Source: Vicugna vicugna
Lineage: Eukaryota
Reading direction: 5' to 3'
Length of the DNA stretch: 64,000 nt
Assembly: GCA_013265495.1 (NCBI GenBank)
Contig: MU057989.1
Location: 1,815,513-1,879,512 of the forward strand
A program made the translations under genes and the position numbers. Of the stretch, positions 12,683 through 25,734 are shown one piece after another. Below the pieces are notes generated by a model. That model was given only the letters and a program-made list of their open reading frames with translations. It had not been told where the DNA came from and made no database searches. Within the stretch, counting starts at the first letter, position 1, and every line of letters starts with the position of its first letter.

Positions 12683-13004
12683 TAAACTAAAATCTTTTAT
12701 CTTGCATTTTCATACACAAAAAGGCATTTTCTTTCTGAATCAAAATTAAAAGAAATGTGAATAGAGTTTGAAAATAATCTTCTTGTATAGCAGCCTCTTT
12801 TTTAATGGATTTTTTTCTTGAAAATCAATATATTACATTCAAGAAATTACCTTTGTTCAAAATAAAGTTTGCTTTGAGAAGCATTGTATTTAAAATTGTA
12901 ATCTCATTAATTAAAAGTTTTAGAGCTCTTGATCCTTTGTTACAGTCTTGCTTTTTTATATAAGCTTAGTTTCATTGGTTACCTTCACTATTTTTTTGCA
13001 TTCT

Positions 13005-13140
13005 TGTTTATTAAAGTAGTTTACAATGTTGTGTCAGTTTCTGGTGTACAGCATAATACATATCCGTATACAGCATAATACATATCTGTACATATATTCC
13101 TTTTCAGATTCTTTTTCATTATAGGTTGCTACAAGGTACT
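13005..13140 (-). mobile_element. L1 3' terminal fragment with internal ~20-bp duplication
   Basis: tttacaatgttgtgtcagtttctggtgtacagc; tacagcataatacatatc twice. Confidence 0.75.
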
Positions 13141-14567
13141 GTTCACGTTTCTTTTTTCCTAGTTATTTCCCTACTGTCCCTATTTCTTACAGCTCAGTGA
13201 GAGTTAGGGCAGTATCTGTTACCCTGTTTTGGATATTTACATTTTTGAATGACTTTTTTGAATAAATGAAGACGATGAACCATAACCATGAACAGAATGC
13301 TTAACAACTGTGGAAGCTGCCCACGGATGTATAAATGTTGAAGATTTTAGTAGTTTCAGGTTGTTGGCAGAGTTTTTAACCAGTAGAACTCTAAGTGGAA
13401 AAATTCAATACCTCTGATGGATTACCGGGCTTACCCGACCAGGGAATGAGGCCAAGATCAAAAAATTCGCTTCCCTGTTTGCTGCAGTTGATTCGTGTCT
13501 AGGATTCTGCCACAAATTATGATAGATGTGACCTCACTATGCAGAATTAGAAGTGGAATAAAATTTAAAGAGGACATTACTCAGCTTAATACCAGAAGGA
13601 AACAAAAATCTTCAGCCACAGAAGCAGAACATTTAAAATACTGACAAATTTTGCTGCTCTGTACCATCCGTGATGCTTAGCTCGAATTATTACCAGATTT
13701 AAATACCACTGGTAAAATGTCTTTCTACCTTTTTTTGTATTTGTAAACCTCTAGCAGGCACACCATCTCTCTCAGACTATAAAATCATTCGTTTTTATCA
13801 GATCTGGGCCGCTTGGTCTTGGCACTTCAGGTTTGTGTGGAGGAAAGCTGTGAATAGAAAGCATTTTTCTTTTTTCTGTGTATATTTTCTTCATTTTATA
13901 GAATTTGTGATTTCCTAAAAAGCTGACTGTCAAATCATTTCCTACAAAGCCAGTAACACATTTCCACGATTAATTCTGTTTCCTATCTCCTAGCGTTTTC
14001 ATTTTGTTTAGGTGGTAACTCACAGGAAAAGAGAAAAAGTAGAGCTCTCCCTGTCACCTCACCTCCCCCTGTCACCTGGCCACTTGTCATCTGGCCACCT
14101 CGGTCCTCTGCTCAAGCATGAGCTAGTGTCCCGGGCACCTGACCTCCATGGTGCTCACCTTAGAATAGTTCATAAAGTTCTACACTTGACTTGTGTGGCT
14201 TTCAGTTTCTGGCTTTTATTTTATAATAAAAAAATTTTTGTAAATATATCAGTGAAAACTGCTCAATGGGGAGAATCCATAGGCTGATAAGAAGATGTCT
14301 TCTCTCACTGAAGCCACAGCCCAGGTCCCAAAGTAACATTCAGGATTCGCTTGAGCACAGCTCTGGTTCCCTCTGAGACAGGCTCTCTGGGACCACATTG
14401 AACTGAATCCCATCATCCTTCTAAAAACCTGACTTATTGACTATAGTTACATAAAAGCAGAATTTTGCTGTATATTTCTTTTGCTTTCAAACGTGTGTGT
14501 GTATATGTGTGTTGTTTGGGGTCTTCCCCCCTCCGTAGTTAACCTTGAATCATCTTATTCCTTCCAG

Positions 14568-14700
14568 AATGGGGTTTTATCTGCAGTCCCTTATTTTGGC
14601 TGTTGGTTATGTATGATTCTGTCTGGTCAAGCCGCCGACAACTTACGGGCAAAGTGGAATTTTTCAACTCTGTGTGTTCGGAGACTTTTTACCCTTATAG
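14568..14700 (+). CDS. SLC17A5: Sialin coding exon (exon 8 equivalent), [44 protein letters not shown]
   Basis: ttccag|AATGGG ... ATAG|gtaggt; 133 bp; visible in ORF 14481..14708. Confidence 0.97.
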
Positions 14701-14730
14701 GTAGGTGAAGGGGAATACGGTTTTGCTTTG

Positions 14731-14778
14731 GTTTACAATGATTTACTGTGTTTACAATGATTTACTGTGTTTATAATG
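14731..14778. repeat. 19-bp tandem repeat (gtttacaatgatttactgt) x~2.5
   Basis: Direct reading. Confidence 0.9.
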
Positions 14779-14926
14779 CAAGGCAAAATTAAAGTGATAA
14801 TATTAGTCATTTTTTGGTTCCCATATTGAAACAGTATGTTTTAATGCATGTAGAGCATTTCTGTACATGCATCTGGTTCTTCTCAAACGATGCATTTTTG
14901 AGGATTAAGATTTACATAATATTTGG

Positions 14927-15012
14927 TACCTCCATTAAAAATATGTAATAACAATAATAAATAAACTGAATTTCTTCCCCCTGCCAAAATAAAACCCCAA
15001 AACACAAAAAAA
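14927..15012 (+). mobile_element. Vic-1-type SINE, 3' part only
   Basis: tacctccattaaaa...aaactgaatttcttcccc...A tail. Confidence 0.6.
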
Positions 15013-16163
15013 GATGGATAATATCCTATTATCTCTCCCATACTCTTGTAACTATAACAAATGGCTTGCTTTACTGAGTGTCTTCCCCAGAATTTTATAG
15101 ATCACTTTGTTTTCAGCTCTAAGTTTGCAATGAAAATAAGATTTTGAGGTCTCCATCCTTTTTCTAAGTGAATACATTTTAAATTTGAATCAAAATTATA
15201 TACTAACATCGTTATATCAAATGAGGAGCTATCAAAGAACTCCAAGGAGCCTTAAACAGTCGTGTGTTTCAGACTCTGATTTCAGAAAAGTAAATTTTAA
15301 AACCATTGAGGACAGTTATTCAAGTAAATAGGGACCCTCTAAGTCGCTGGCGGCTGTGTTTCAGTCATCGCATTGTGAAGGGCCCCGTTTGGTGTAATTC
15401 TGCAAACTCCTGAGCACCGTCACCTAGAATGTGCTGTTCTGCCCCCTGCTTCCTGTCCTTGACCCGCAAAAGAAATTTTTCCACGTCTGCAAGTGAAATA
15501 AATCCCTTTGGATTTCATTCGGTTTTCTCTTTTTCGGCTTTCTGTGGACCTGCCCTATCCAGTACTGCAGCCACTAAGCCATGTGTGGCTATTTAAACGT
15601 GATTGAAATGTTAAAACAAGTTCCTCTGTTGCCGTCTACGCAAATACATTTCCCTCATCACAGAGGAGAACCGGCAGCCCGCGCTTGCCAAGTCCCTTCC
15701 TGTATTGTATTTTATGCTCCACTGCCTGTAGTAAACTACACGAATCGTCTTCAGGTGTCAAAACCCACCTGGAGTGTTTTCCTCACTTTATGCGACAATA
15801 GTTCTGTCTTTGGTTTCTCTTCTTGGATTATGTGAATTTTGAATCACACATTCTGTGTCAACTGTTGCTTCTCTCCAGAACTGTATTTTCCTGTCATCCT
15901 CTTGCTCTTTCTTCAACATTGTAGAACTTTAGCTGAGTCCCAGTCACCTATATAGACTTAATAACATTGTATAATGAGATTTTCCTTTTACTTTTATGAT
16001 AGTTGCTTTAATCTTGCATGTTTTCCAGCAAGTTTTGTTTCATGAAACAACGTGATTTAAATTGCGTCTTCTAGTTAGTACAGTGTTCCTCCGGTAGGTG
16101 GCAGTAATATCAAATCTCTCAGGTTTGTACTGTATTAAGTAAAGTAGTACAAGCAGATATTAA

Positions 16164-16358
<195 letters not shown>

Positions 16359-16384
16359 TGAGTACTGACATAAAGATTGGTTCT

Positions 16385-16655
16385 GACTGACTGTAAATCA
16401 CCTCCTTTCATCGTGGTGAGGCACCCAGCACGTGAAATGTACCACGTTAACCATGTGTAGGTGTGCAGGTCGGTGGCATTAAGTATATTCACATTGTTGT
16501 GCAGCCATCGCCCCCATTCAGCTCCAGAACTTTCTCATCTTCCCAAACTGAAGCTCTGTCCCCCTTCAACACTCACTCCCCGTCCCCAGCCCCCGGCCCC
16601 CAGCCCCCACCACCCTACTTTCTGTCTCTCTGAATTTGACGACTCTGGGAATGAC
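16385..16655 (-). mobile_element. Old L1M 3' UTR fragment
   Basis: ggcattaagtatattcacattgttgtgcagccatc...ccagaactttctcatcttcccaaactgaa. Confidence 0.75.
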
Positions 16656-17117
16656 TTTATTATTTTTTTCAATTTAAAAAAATTTTTTAGGAATTACTTT
16701 AAAGTCTTAAACACAGTTTCAGTTTGCACGATCATTAAAGCATGACGTTCTTTTTTTAATTTAAACTTTTAACCATCATCACCTCTGCCCCCAATGTTCC
16801 CTCGGAAACATTACATACAGCACATTATAACTCATGTCTGTCCGCCCAGTGAGAATAGGGGTTCCATCTCATCATCCTCGGGGCTCACACTGACCCCAGT
16901 GCATTCGAGGACAGAATCACACAAAGGAGACCCAACTTTTTGAAGGAAAAAGGAGAGACTATAATAGGGGACAACAATGCAGATCAGGGAACAAGGGAAA
17001 GCCTTTCTGAGGAAGTGATATTTAAGCTAAAGCCTGAAGAATGAGTAAGAAGAAATTACACAAAAAAGAAGTAGTACTCCAGACAGAATTTACACTAGAG
17101 GAGGAAGGAATCGGGGC

Positions 17118-17527
17118 ATGTCCCGGGCTGCCTGGGCTGCCATGACACGATACCACAGACTTGGGGGCTCACACGACAGAAACGTATCTTCTCACAGCCC
17201 TAGAGGCGAGAAGTCCAAGATCAAGGTGCCTGCTTGGTTGGTTTCTGGCAAGGACTCTCTTCCTGGTTTGCAGAAGGGCTGTCTTCTTGCTGTGTGTTCG
17301 TGCAACCCTCGCTGGGTGTGCGTACAAGCGTGTGAGCAGAGAGGCGGGGCTGTGGTGCTTCTTCCTCCTCTTAATAAGGGCACCAACCATGGCGGGTCAG
17401 GGTCCATCCTTAGGGTCTCCTCCAACCTTTGCACTTCCTAAAGACCTTGTCTCCCAATACAGTCACATTGAGGGTTAGGGCTTTGACATGAGAATTTTGG
17501 AAGCACACAAACATTCAGTCCGTAACA
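17118..17527 (-). mobile_element. MaLR LTR (MLT1A-like)
   Basis: gggctgccatgacacgataccacagact...aagtccaagatcaaggtgcc...cattcagtccgtaaca. Confidence 0.85.
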
Positions 17528-17529
17528 GT

Positions 17530-18810
17530 GAATTTTGTGTAACTGAGAGAAGGTCGTCTGTGGCTGCGATGCAGAGGGGAGAGCGCTGGGGAGTAACGCA
17601 GTCTAGGAGGAGCCTGTGATAAGCATTTTCTGTTGTATCCAAAGCAAGTAGGAAGTGACGTTCTCTGTATTTTGAGGTCACTCTTGTGTGGACAAGAATG
17701 CAAGTTGGGGGGGAGGGTACAGCCTAGTGGTAGAGCGTGTGCTTAGCATGCACGAGGTCCTGGGTTCAATCTCCAGTGCCTCCCTTTAAAAAAAAAATTA
17801 AAATAAATAAACCTAATTCCCCATCCCCACCCCCCAAAAAAGGATACACATGGAGGGAACTAATTAGGAGGCTGCTGCAGTAACTCAGATAGGAGGCGAT
17901 GATGGTTTGGAGCGGGGACGGGAGATGTAAAGAAGTAGGCAGATTTGAGATTTTTGTAAATACTGTAGATGGGACCTGACACTAGATTAGACCCAAAGAG
18001 TGAGGAAGGTGTCAAGGATAATGATTTGCACGCATTTTGTTTGGGCAGCTTGGTGGAGAGTTGTGCCACCACTGAAATTGGGGTGTCTGGAGGAAGAAGG
18101 GGGAAGATAAAAAATTTCACATGTCAAATTTTAGAAATTTGTGAAAACATCTAGAAAGTAGTGTAGTTGTAGGCAGTTTGACATTTGGATCTAGAACTTG
18201 GAAAGTCGATTTGACCGGAAATGAAAATTAGGGACTAGTCATCCAGCTTCAGAGGCTTTGAAGAGGAGGTTTCCTGGGGAGACAGGGTAAAATGACAAGG
18301 CCGGTGGTTCCAGGACTGGATGTTGGCAAACGTGGAGGCTAGAAAGACATGAAATTACCAGAAGGGGAGACCACAAAGGAGCCACCTGGAAAGTCGAGAA
18401 CGTGGGTTCTAGGAAGCTGAGGCCATCCAGTCTTCAGTTCAAGAGTGAGATCTGGACAAGAGACACAGACATAGGGGTGGCCAACGTATGAGTAGGGGAT
18501 GCAGCCCTGGAATTGGGTAAAACTACTACACAAACTGACGAGACCACAGATGCAAAGAGAACTGAGAAGGAGCGACCGGAGAAGGTTAAGGAAAATGCGT
18601 GGAGATTGCCACCCCCGGAGCGAGGGCTCGGTCAGCAGCATCAGATGCCCCAGAGAAGTCAAGTCAAAGAAGAATGAAAGTGTTGCCTGGATCAGACCAC
18701 CAGATGGAGAAGGTCACCAAAGAGCTCGGGGAAGATGCTCCCATGGAGAGGCCAGTCAGGCGGCAGCAGCTCAAGGAGGGAATGGAGAGATGAGGAAGTG
18801 AAGATGGCTT
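17530..18810 (-). mobile_element. L2 fragments (with a nested SINE)
   Basis: aattaggaggctgctgcagtaa...gtcaaggataatg...cagcatcagatgccccagagaagtcaag. Confidence 0.65.
17707..17841 (+). mobile_element. Vic-1-type SINE
   Basis: tRNA head and tail. Confidence 0.9.
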
Positions 18811-18892
18811 CCAGCCGTGGCTTCAGAGTGCAATCCCTTACCCCCCACAACAGAGTCATCAGGAGTGCTGCTTGTTAGAAACAGCAGGATGA

Positions 18893-19051
18893 GGGGGGAG
18901 GGCATAGCTCAGTGGTCAAGCAAGTGCTTAGCATGCACAAGGTCTTGGGTTCAATCCTCAGGACCTCCATTAAAATAATAATAATTAGTAAGTCTGATAT
19001 CCTACCCCCTCCAAAAAAACAACAAAAATAAAAAGTAAATTTAAAAAAAAA
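18893..19051 (+). mobile_element. Vic-1-type SINE
   Basis: tRNA head and tail. Confidence 0.88.
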
Positions 19052-19467
19052 CTATTAACCATAAAGGGAAGGGAAAAAACCTAAAGGTGGATGCATATTG
19101 ATGGAGGATTTTTTTTTTTAAGATAAGAGACCTAAGTGTGCAGAGCCTGATCGACATGGCCAAGTATGGCCACAGCAGGCTGGACAGTCACACCTGACAA
19201 AGACGTATTTATGAATAAATGACGTTTTTAAATCAAAAAAAAAAGAGAGAGACCCAAGTGTGTTAATATGGTGAGATGAGGAGGCCAATAAAGGGTGAGA
19301 GATTAAAAGTGAAAGAAGGAAAAAAATGACAGGTTGGGAGAAGGCAGGAAGGAATGAGACAAGACCCAGGGCCCGAGGGAAGGGCGGGCTTGCAGCTGAG
19401 AAGAGGACGCGAGAGGTCAGGCGGTTCCGCTGGAGAAAAGCTTTCAAGTGAGATGAGAACTGAGAAT

Positions 19468-19895
19468 TGTGGTTTTAAAGTAGGACCACAGATCCTTCAG
19501 CGCCCTTCCCTCCAAACAGGGGAGCCTGCCCCCCACCCCTTGTGCACAAGCGGGATCCAGTGACCTGTTTCCAAGGAGTAGAATGTGGCAGAAGTGATGG
19601 TGCCTGACTGGGGGCAACACAGGGTCCTCCCTGCTCTCATCCCTCGGATGAGTCACACGGAGGGGGCACCAGCTGCCGTGTGGGGTGGACACTCAGCACC
19701 CAGGACAAGGCCCAGCCCCAGTCATGCCTTCAGATGATGGCAGCCCCAGCCTGACAGCAACCTGAGAGGCCCCGAAGCAGGACCACCCAGCCACACCACT
19801 CCCACCTTCCCAGCCTACAGAAACTGTGAGATGACAGATCTCTGTTTTCTGAAGCTCCTACCTTTTGAAGCATTAGGTGGCAGTAGATAAACGAC
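19468..19895 (+). mobile_element. MaLR LTR (MLT1F-like)
   Basis: tgtggttttaaag...tagaatgtggcagaagtgatgg...ccttcagatgatggcagcccc...cagaaactgtgagat. Confidence 0.75.
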
Positions 19896-20796
19896 TGAAA
19901 AATCTTAACTGTCAGTCCTTGGTTTCCCTGTGACATGGGGGTCAGATTCATCACTGAGACTAAGGGAGAAAAAAAACAGAGTGAAAAACTTGAGAATGAT
20001 AAAGGTTCGACATAGCTCCTGAGAAAAAAGCAGTCACGAAGAACTCCTCGAAGGGATTCCAGGCATCAGGACGGCCAGCAGATGTCAGAGAGCAATTGTG
20101 TACTCTCGCTGGTCTACGGAGCTGTTACTTCTTTGGCGTTCAGCGACCCAGGTGTTGGCCTGAAAATATGCTGATACAGGCTTGAGATTTTAACCAACTT
20201 AAGATTGAGTCAAAGCTAACAGGAATTGAGACTTTGGCATAAGAGAGGCTTACGCTGTCTTCTCTCTTGGACACTTTTAGCTGAAGGAATAGAAATCCTT
20301 ATTGAAGCTGGCTGAACAGATAGTCTGTTAGTGCAGAGTGCAGAGGCTGGAGGCTTCAGGCGGGTGGTGACACCCAGCTGTCCACTGAGATCACCAAAGC
20401 CCCATTTCTTCCCCATTCTCTACTCTGCCTTCATGAGACCAGTGTTATCCTGAGGGCGGGTCTGCTGGTAAAACCACAGTGAAATGACTGATGTAATGAC
20501 GGGGATCACCTGCTCCTTCATTTACATCAAGGAAGAAAGAAAAGGGTCTTTTCCTCTCCCCATCATGGGAATATGTCCTGGGCTTCATTTTGGAACTAGG
20601 CTGACGACTCACATATCCACCCCTGTAGCAACCCCCCTGGCCAAGGGGGTACCATCTGACTTTAGCACAATCAGTACCCACCCCCAGTGTTAGAGGTGAG
20701 GGAGCCAGTGCCCCTAAACCTCCCTGGAGTGGAGGCTGAGGAGCCGTTGGGAACATCCACACAAGACGTGAATTCACAAACACAAAGAACTCATTT

Positions 20797-20915
20797 GGAG
20801 GAGGAAAGGTATAGCTTAGTGGTAGAGCGCATCCTTAGCACGCGCGGGGTCCTCGGTTCAATCCCCAGTACATCCATTAAATAAATAAACCTTTAAATTT
20901 TTTTTAATTAAAAAA
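20797..20915 (+). mobile_element. Vic-1-type SINE
   Basis: tRNA head; TSD aaagaactcatttgga. Confidence 0.9.
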
Positions 20916-21629
20916 AGAACTCATTTGGAAGATAAAGACACTCAGGAGTTGTGTGACTTGCAGAGTCAGAGTTAGCAAGTGGCAGGTGGAAGACTTGAAC
21001 CCTGGTCTTCCAGCTCCGTGGTCTGGGAAGAAAGACCTGGGTGCCCCTCAACGACTTACTTAAAGATCTTAAACACTGGTCATCAAAGAGGCACTCACAG
21101 TTATTTTGAGAACTCAGGGGAAAGAACTCTTTGCTGAGAACAGATACGTACTCTGGTTGCCTCAGTTAATGTGACTTAATTCTAAAACGATGTACATCAA
21201 CGTGGGAGTGAAAACTGATCCGGAGCATAAAATCTGCTCAGCACCACCCCGCCAGAAGGAAGGCGGGAAGCCACCCGCTGCGGTTCATGGAGCTGAAACG
21301 TAGTTCGAGATTGCTCAGAGCCCTGGCATCTGGCCCACTCTGCTCTCTTAAGCTGACAATGAAGGAAAACTATCATCAAAGAGAAATTGGGAGCTGTTGT
21401 CAAAAGAAGATGGAAGTGGACGCTAGAGAAGAAAAAAACAAATATCCCTGGTACCTACCTTATAAAATTGTTGTGAGGATTAAATAGAGCAAGCATACAC
21501 ACACACACACACACCCACGCACACAGAACACTTAGATCATAACGAAGCAAGTGCATTTGCACGTAATGCAATAAACATTATTATTATTTTCTGGAAAACT
21601 GCGTCAGGGACCGTGACGGGGTCATGAAC

Positions 21630-21915
21630 CAATCCAAGTGAAATACTAAAGGGATGATCAGTGAGTTCTTAGAAGAGAAAGTACTGATCACCGAGGAGCC
21701 GCCATTGGGGCACAAAGACCCTGAAGAGCAAAGCAGTCTCAATTTCTCAACATCATTTTCAGCCTCGTACACACAGTGTATTTGTTATGATCAGGATTTC
21801 AGCAAGGTCTCTCATGGTGTCCTTTTGGACAGGGTGGGGAAGGATGAATCTACAACTACCTGGATTTGTAATTACTGAATCTCCGTGTCAGAGCATGCCG
21901 ATTAACAGGTCTGGT
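21630..21915 (+). mobile_element. L3/CR1 reverse-transcriptase fragment
   Basis: ORF 21654..21878 (ISEFLEEKVLIT...DFSKVSHGVLLDRV...TTWICNY) resembles the CR1 RT motif DFSKAFDKVSH..L..K...WI.NWL. Confidence 0.65.
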
Positions 21916-22240
21916 CGTTAAACACACTGTACCACACGCTGAATACACAGACATGAAAGAAGCCTGGTCCCTGCTGGCATCTGGGTAAGCGTCTGCTGGC
22001 TCGGAGTGTGGGGACCTCTCGTCCTGAAGCGTGGACAGGGCAGCCTGCAGTCGAGACTCTGGAACTAGGCTTCCAGCCTCAGCGGATGCTTGAACTCTAC
22101 GCCTTAAAGACCCTGGCCCTCCCCTGACAACTGTGAGTTTTGTAAGTCAAAACAGATATTTATCTAGATACGGTGTGAAGCTAAACAGTTTAATAATATA
22201 AATGGGAATAGCAGGTAGTTGCAGAAGATAGGCAAATGGG

Positions 22241-22331
22241 TGGGGGTGGCCGTATAGCTCAGTGGTAGAGCACGTGCTTAGCATGCACGAGGTCCTGGGT
22301 TCAATCCCCAATACCTCCATTAAAAAAAAAG
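22241..22331 (+). mobile_element. Vic-1-type SINE
   Basis: Near-intact tRNA-Ala head and A tail. Confidence 0.9.
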
Positions 22332-23569
22332 AAGTTAGGAGAATGCGGTCATGAACAGGTGATGAACTATGCCTGCCTGCTCTCAGCTGACCGAGGCCCC
22401 ACATTTATGGCTGTGAACAACATAAGTTAACTTTTAAAAAATCACATAGCAGTAGAAATGTAAGGTCACCTCCTCAAAGTCAGAATTGTTTCTCTCCCTT
22501 GTATTTTGATTCAACCCTTCAGATGAGCTTTCAGTTTCTTTATTTTCCAACTAGAGTGTCTTGGTTCAAAGCATACTGGTTGTTTCTAGGTCCCTGTGTC
22601 GTGGCTCACCATGGGGTTACATATCTCGTGACCATACTGTGCCCATGCCGTGGATAACAGTCTACTGGTTAGAACCAGAATACTGAGAACGACAGACCTT
22701 CAAGCAGTCACCACTAGGGCTTCTGGTGAAAAATTAACCTTGGGAAAATCGCTCTTTCCTACAGGTTGAATTCAGTGATGACTGCGTTTCCAGTAAGGCC
22801 GCATTATAGATGATAACATTCTAATATTAAGTACTGATTTGCTGTCAGGCCAACCGGGTAACATTGTATAGTCTTTCTTTCTTACTTATAGATTAAGATA
22901 GTAATCCCTACCTTTTGGGGTTCATTTTACTATTGAAGTGGGGTAATGTATAGAAAATACTTAGAATCCATGCCTGACATAAAGTTTTTCAATAATATTC
23001 CTAATAATATGTAAATATATGTCTACCTGGTATTTTCTAAGCCTTTTCTTCTGTAGATTAAATATTTTCCGTGGGTAGTTTTGTTGCCCAGATTCATGGG
23101 ATTTGGATGGACTTTCCGCATCAGTCCCACAGAGTCCTAGGACTCCCGCAGCACAGAATCCAGACTGAGTCTGTACAACGTCTTTCTTTTCCAGGACTCA
23201 TCAATCTTTCATGGCCCTCTCTGGCCAAGCGTAATATAAATACTTGAATGAGCTTCTCAGTGCTGACATGTGGAATCTCACAGCATTCATCTGCACTTAA
23301 TATCTATCCCAGAAAAGGCCTGGCAGCGTTGCAGTCCGTTCCTCCCACTGCCAAGGTGTTAATGGTTTAAAAAAAAAAAAAAGGACAGGTTCTGCCAAGC
23401 TCAGTTAATTTAAGATCCACTCCCTAGAGGGCATAAGCCAGAAGGATCTGGGCCACATGGTGTTGTTAATGTACCCTGTATTCACGAGTTTTCAACGTGA
23501 AAATTTGGGATGTTTATAGATAACAATTCAGTTCCACAGGTTTTTGGGTTTTTTCTTTTAATTTTGGCA

Positions 23570-23942
23570 CTGTTAGTCAGCTCAGGCTGCCATGCAAAAT
23601 ATCATGTGGCTGAATAGCCTGAAAAACAGAAGCTGATTTTCTGACATTTCTGGAAGCTAGAAGTCCAAGGTCAGGGTGGCAGCAGGGTCAGTTTCTGATG
23701 AGTGCTCGCATCCTGGTTTGCAGACGGCCACCTCCTCCCTGTGTCCTCGTGTGTCCTCTCCTCCGCATGTGCTCACAGAGACAGAGCAAATGAGCCATCT
23801 CTCTTCTTCTTATGAGCCACTAATCCTGTTGGGTTGGGCCCCTACCTTTGTGACCTCATTTAACCTAAATTGCCTCCTCAAAGCCCTCCAGATGCAGCCA
23901 CACTGGGAGTATGGACTTGGGGAAGACACGGTTCAGTCCAGA
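23570..23942 (-). mobile_element. MaLR LTR (MLT1A-like)
   Basis: ttagtcagctcaggctgcc...agaagtccaaggtcagggtg...tgacctcatttaaccta...ttcagtcca. Confidence 0.82.
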
Positions 23943-24184
23943 GCCGGCACTTTCCCGTGTCTGAAGTGGGGAGAGAAATTTCAGATCAGTCGTTTACAGC
24001 CAAGGTATCGAGTATCCCAAACCCTAATAGAAATAGCAGTATCCCACAGTAAGACTGTGTGGGCTGGTAAACATCAAGCTTCTGTAATGTTGACTGCAAT
24101 TTTATTTTATAATAACACTGATGATCTCATTAAAAAATGAAAAACTCTAATTGGACTTTCTATATGTCTAGATGACTTTTACAA

Positions 24185-24355
24185 AAAATAATAAATGCCT
24201 CATAATATTAATAGTATAATATTAATTAGCCATATTAATTAATATAATATATAATGGTATATAATATAATCATAATATTAGAGTTAATGTGATATAATAA
24301 ATGATATATACTATAATTAATCATAATATTAATAAAATAACTTAATAAATTAACT
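24185..24355. repeat. AT-rich low-complexity tract
   Basis: (ATA/TAAT)n-like composition. Confidence 0.8.
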
Positions 24356-24377
24356 CAGCTAGCTAATTTTTAAAAAA

Positions 24378-24487
24378 ATTTTTGGTAGGAAGGTAATTAA
24401 GCTTTTTTGTTTTTAAATGGTGGTACTGGGGACTGAACCCAGGACCTCATGTGTGCTAAGCACGTGCTCTGCCACTACTGGCTACCT
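24378..24487 (-). mobile_element. Vic-1-type SINE
   Basis: tRNA head reversed. Confidence 0.85.
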
Positions 24488-25734
24488 AATTTTTAACTTC
24501 ATCACCACCTTTAAGTTTCCTTGATAAAAATATCAAACCTAAGTCTCACGAGCCCCCTAGGATGGCAAGTCTAGATACACCAGTGTATAGGAAACAGAGG
24601 GGACATTCGGACTCTTTCACATAAGGCCTCAGGGACACAGTCTACAAAATCCCGAATATAGGACCATCTGCAGGACAAAACTGCAGCTGCTTCAGCTGAT
24701 GCCCACACGTTGATACAATGACTTAGAATAATTCAGCGACCCTAGTAAGTCACCCAAAAGGTTGCACACTGTGTGATCCTTTGAGCCAGTGCCCGTCTCC
24801 GGGGGGACCAGCCCCAGCAGCCAGTGCAGCCAGAGCCCCCTGGGCCGCTCAAGGGGCCTGACAGCTGCGGGTCACTGGCCACTTCTCTGGTCAGTGTGGG
24901 TTGAAGGAGAATATATGTTTCACTGGCTACTGGCAGTAAAAAGGGGGAATAAAACGTGAGTTTGCAGGGAGACCCCGGAGTCAGAATCAGTAAACTTGAG
25001 TTAGAGAACGATTACCTCTTAAAACACGAAATGCTGGCTTTGAGGACGATACAAATGCTGGGAAGACAGAGCTCAATGTGGGCGAACTGGACGGAGGAAG
25101 GCGGCGCCAGGCGGGTGATTTGGTTGGAAGGAGCATGGATTTGGGGCTGTGGCGATAGTCCAAGTGAAGGTGAGCAGCAGCTGTCTCGGTCCGAGGCGGC
25201 ATGTTGTGCAGCAGCGAGGAGCAAGGCTGGGCGGGGGCCAGGGCCAGGGCCAGTCTCGGCAGAGGTCTGCAGCCTTCCTGGGGCCAGTGTGAGACCACCC
25301 TGGAAATGTCTGAGGACGGGCTGGGGGGTGCCCGACAAAATCGTGAGAATTCAAATCACAGTTCATACAGTCTGCAAGGCAGCACCACCGTGTGTAAAAC
25401 GTCCTTTAAAATGTTCATACCAGTACTTTCCGCGTCTTATTGAGTGCTAATGACATGGTTGTGTCGCCTTGTCAAAATTCGTCAAGCTATACACTTAAGA
25501 TTGGTGTACATTTCCATATATAGGCTACACTCAGTAAACCTTTGTGGTGGGGTGTGGGGAAGCTTAGCTGGGACCACCAGACATGTTCCATGTATACATC
25601 CATGAACCCATGAATGACAGGGGAAATAATAAACTATCACTGACTTACCCAAGGCCACACAGGTGGTTGAGGGTGAAGCTAGGTCAGTAACCTTTAGGTC
25701 TCCTGATTATCAGTCCAATATGACTTCTTTTTTT

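Noticed and set aside
22241..22320. Apparent tRNA-Ala(AGC) gene (and similar heads elsewhere)
   Set aside because: Altered acceptor stem, A-rich tail and ~40 diverged paralogues with TSDs indicate SINE copies, not tRNA genes.
24956..25450. 164-aa ORF and overlapping ORFs in a GC-rich intronic block
   Set aside because: Stop-codon depletion is expected from GC content; no homology or clear splice structure seen.
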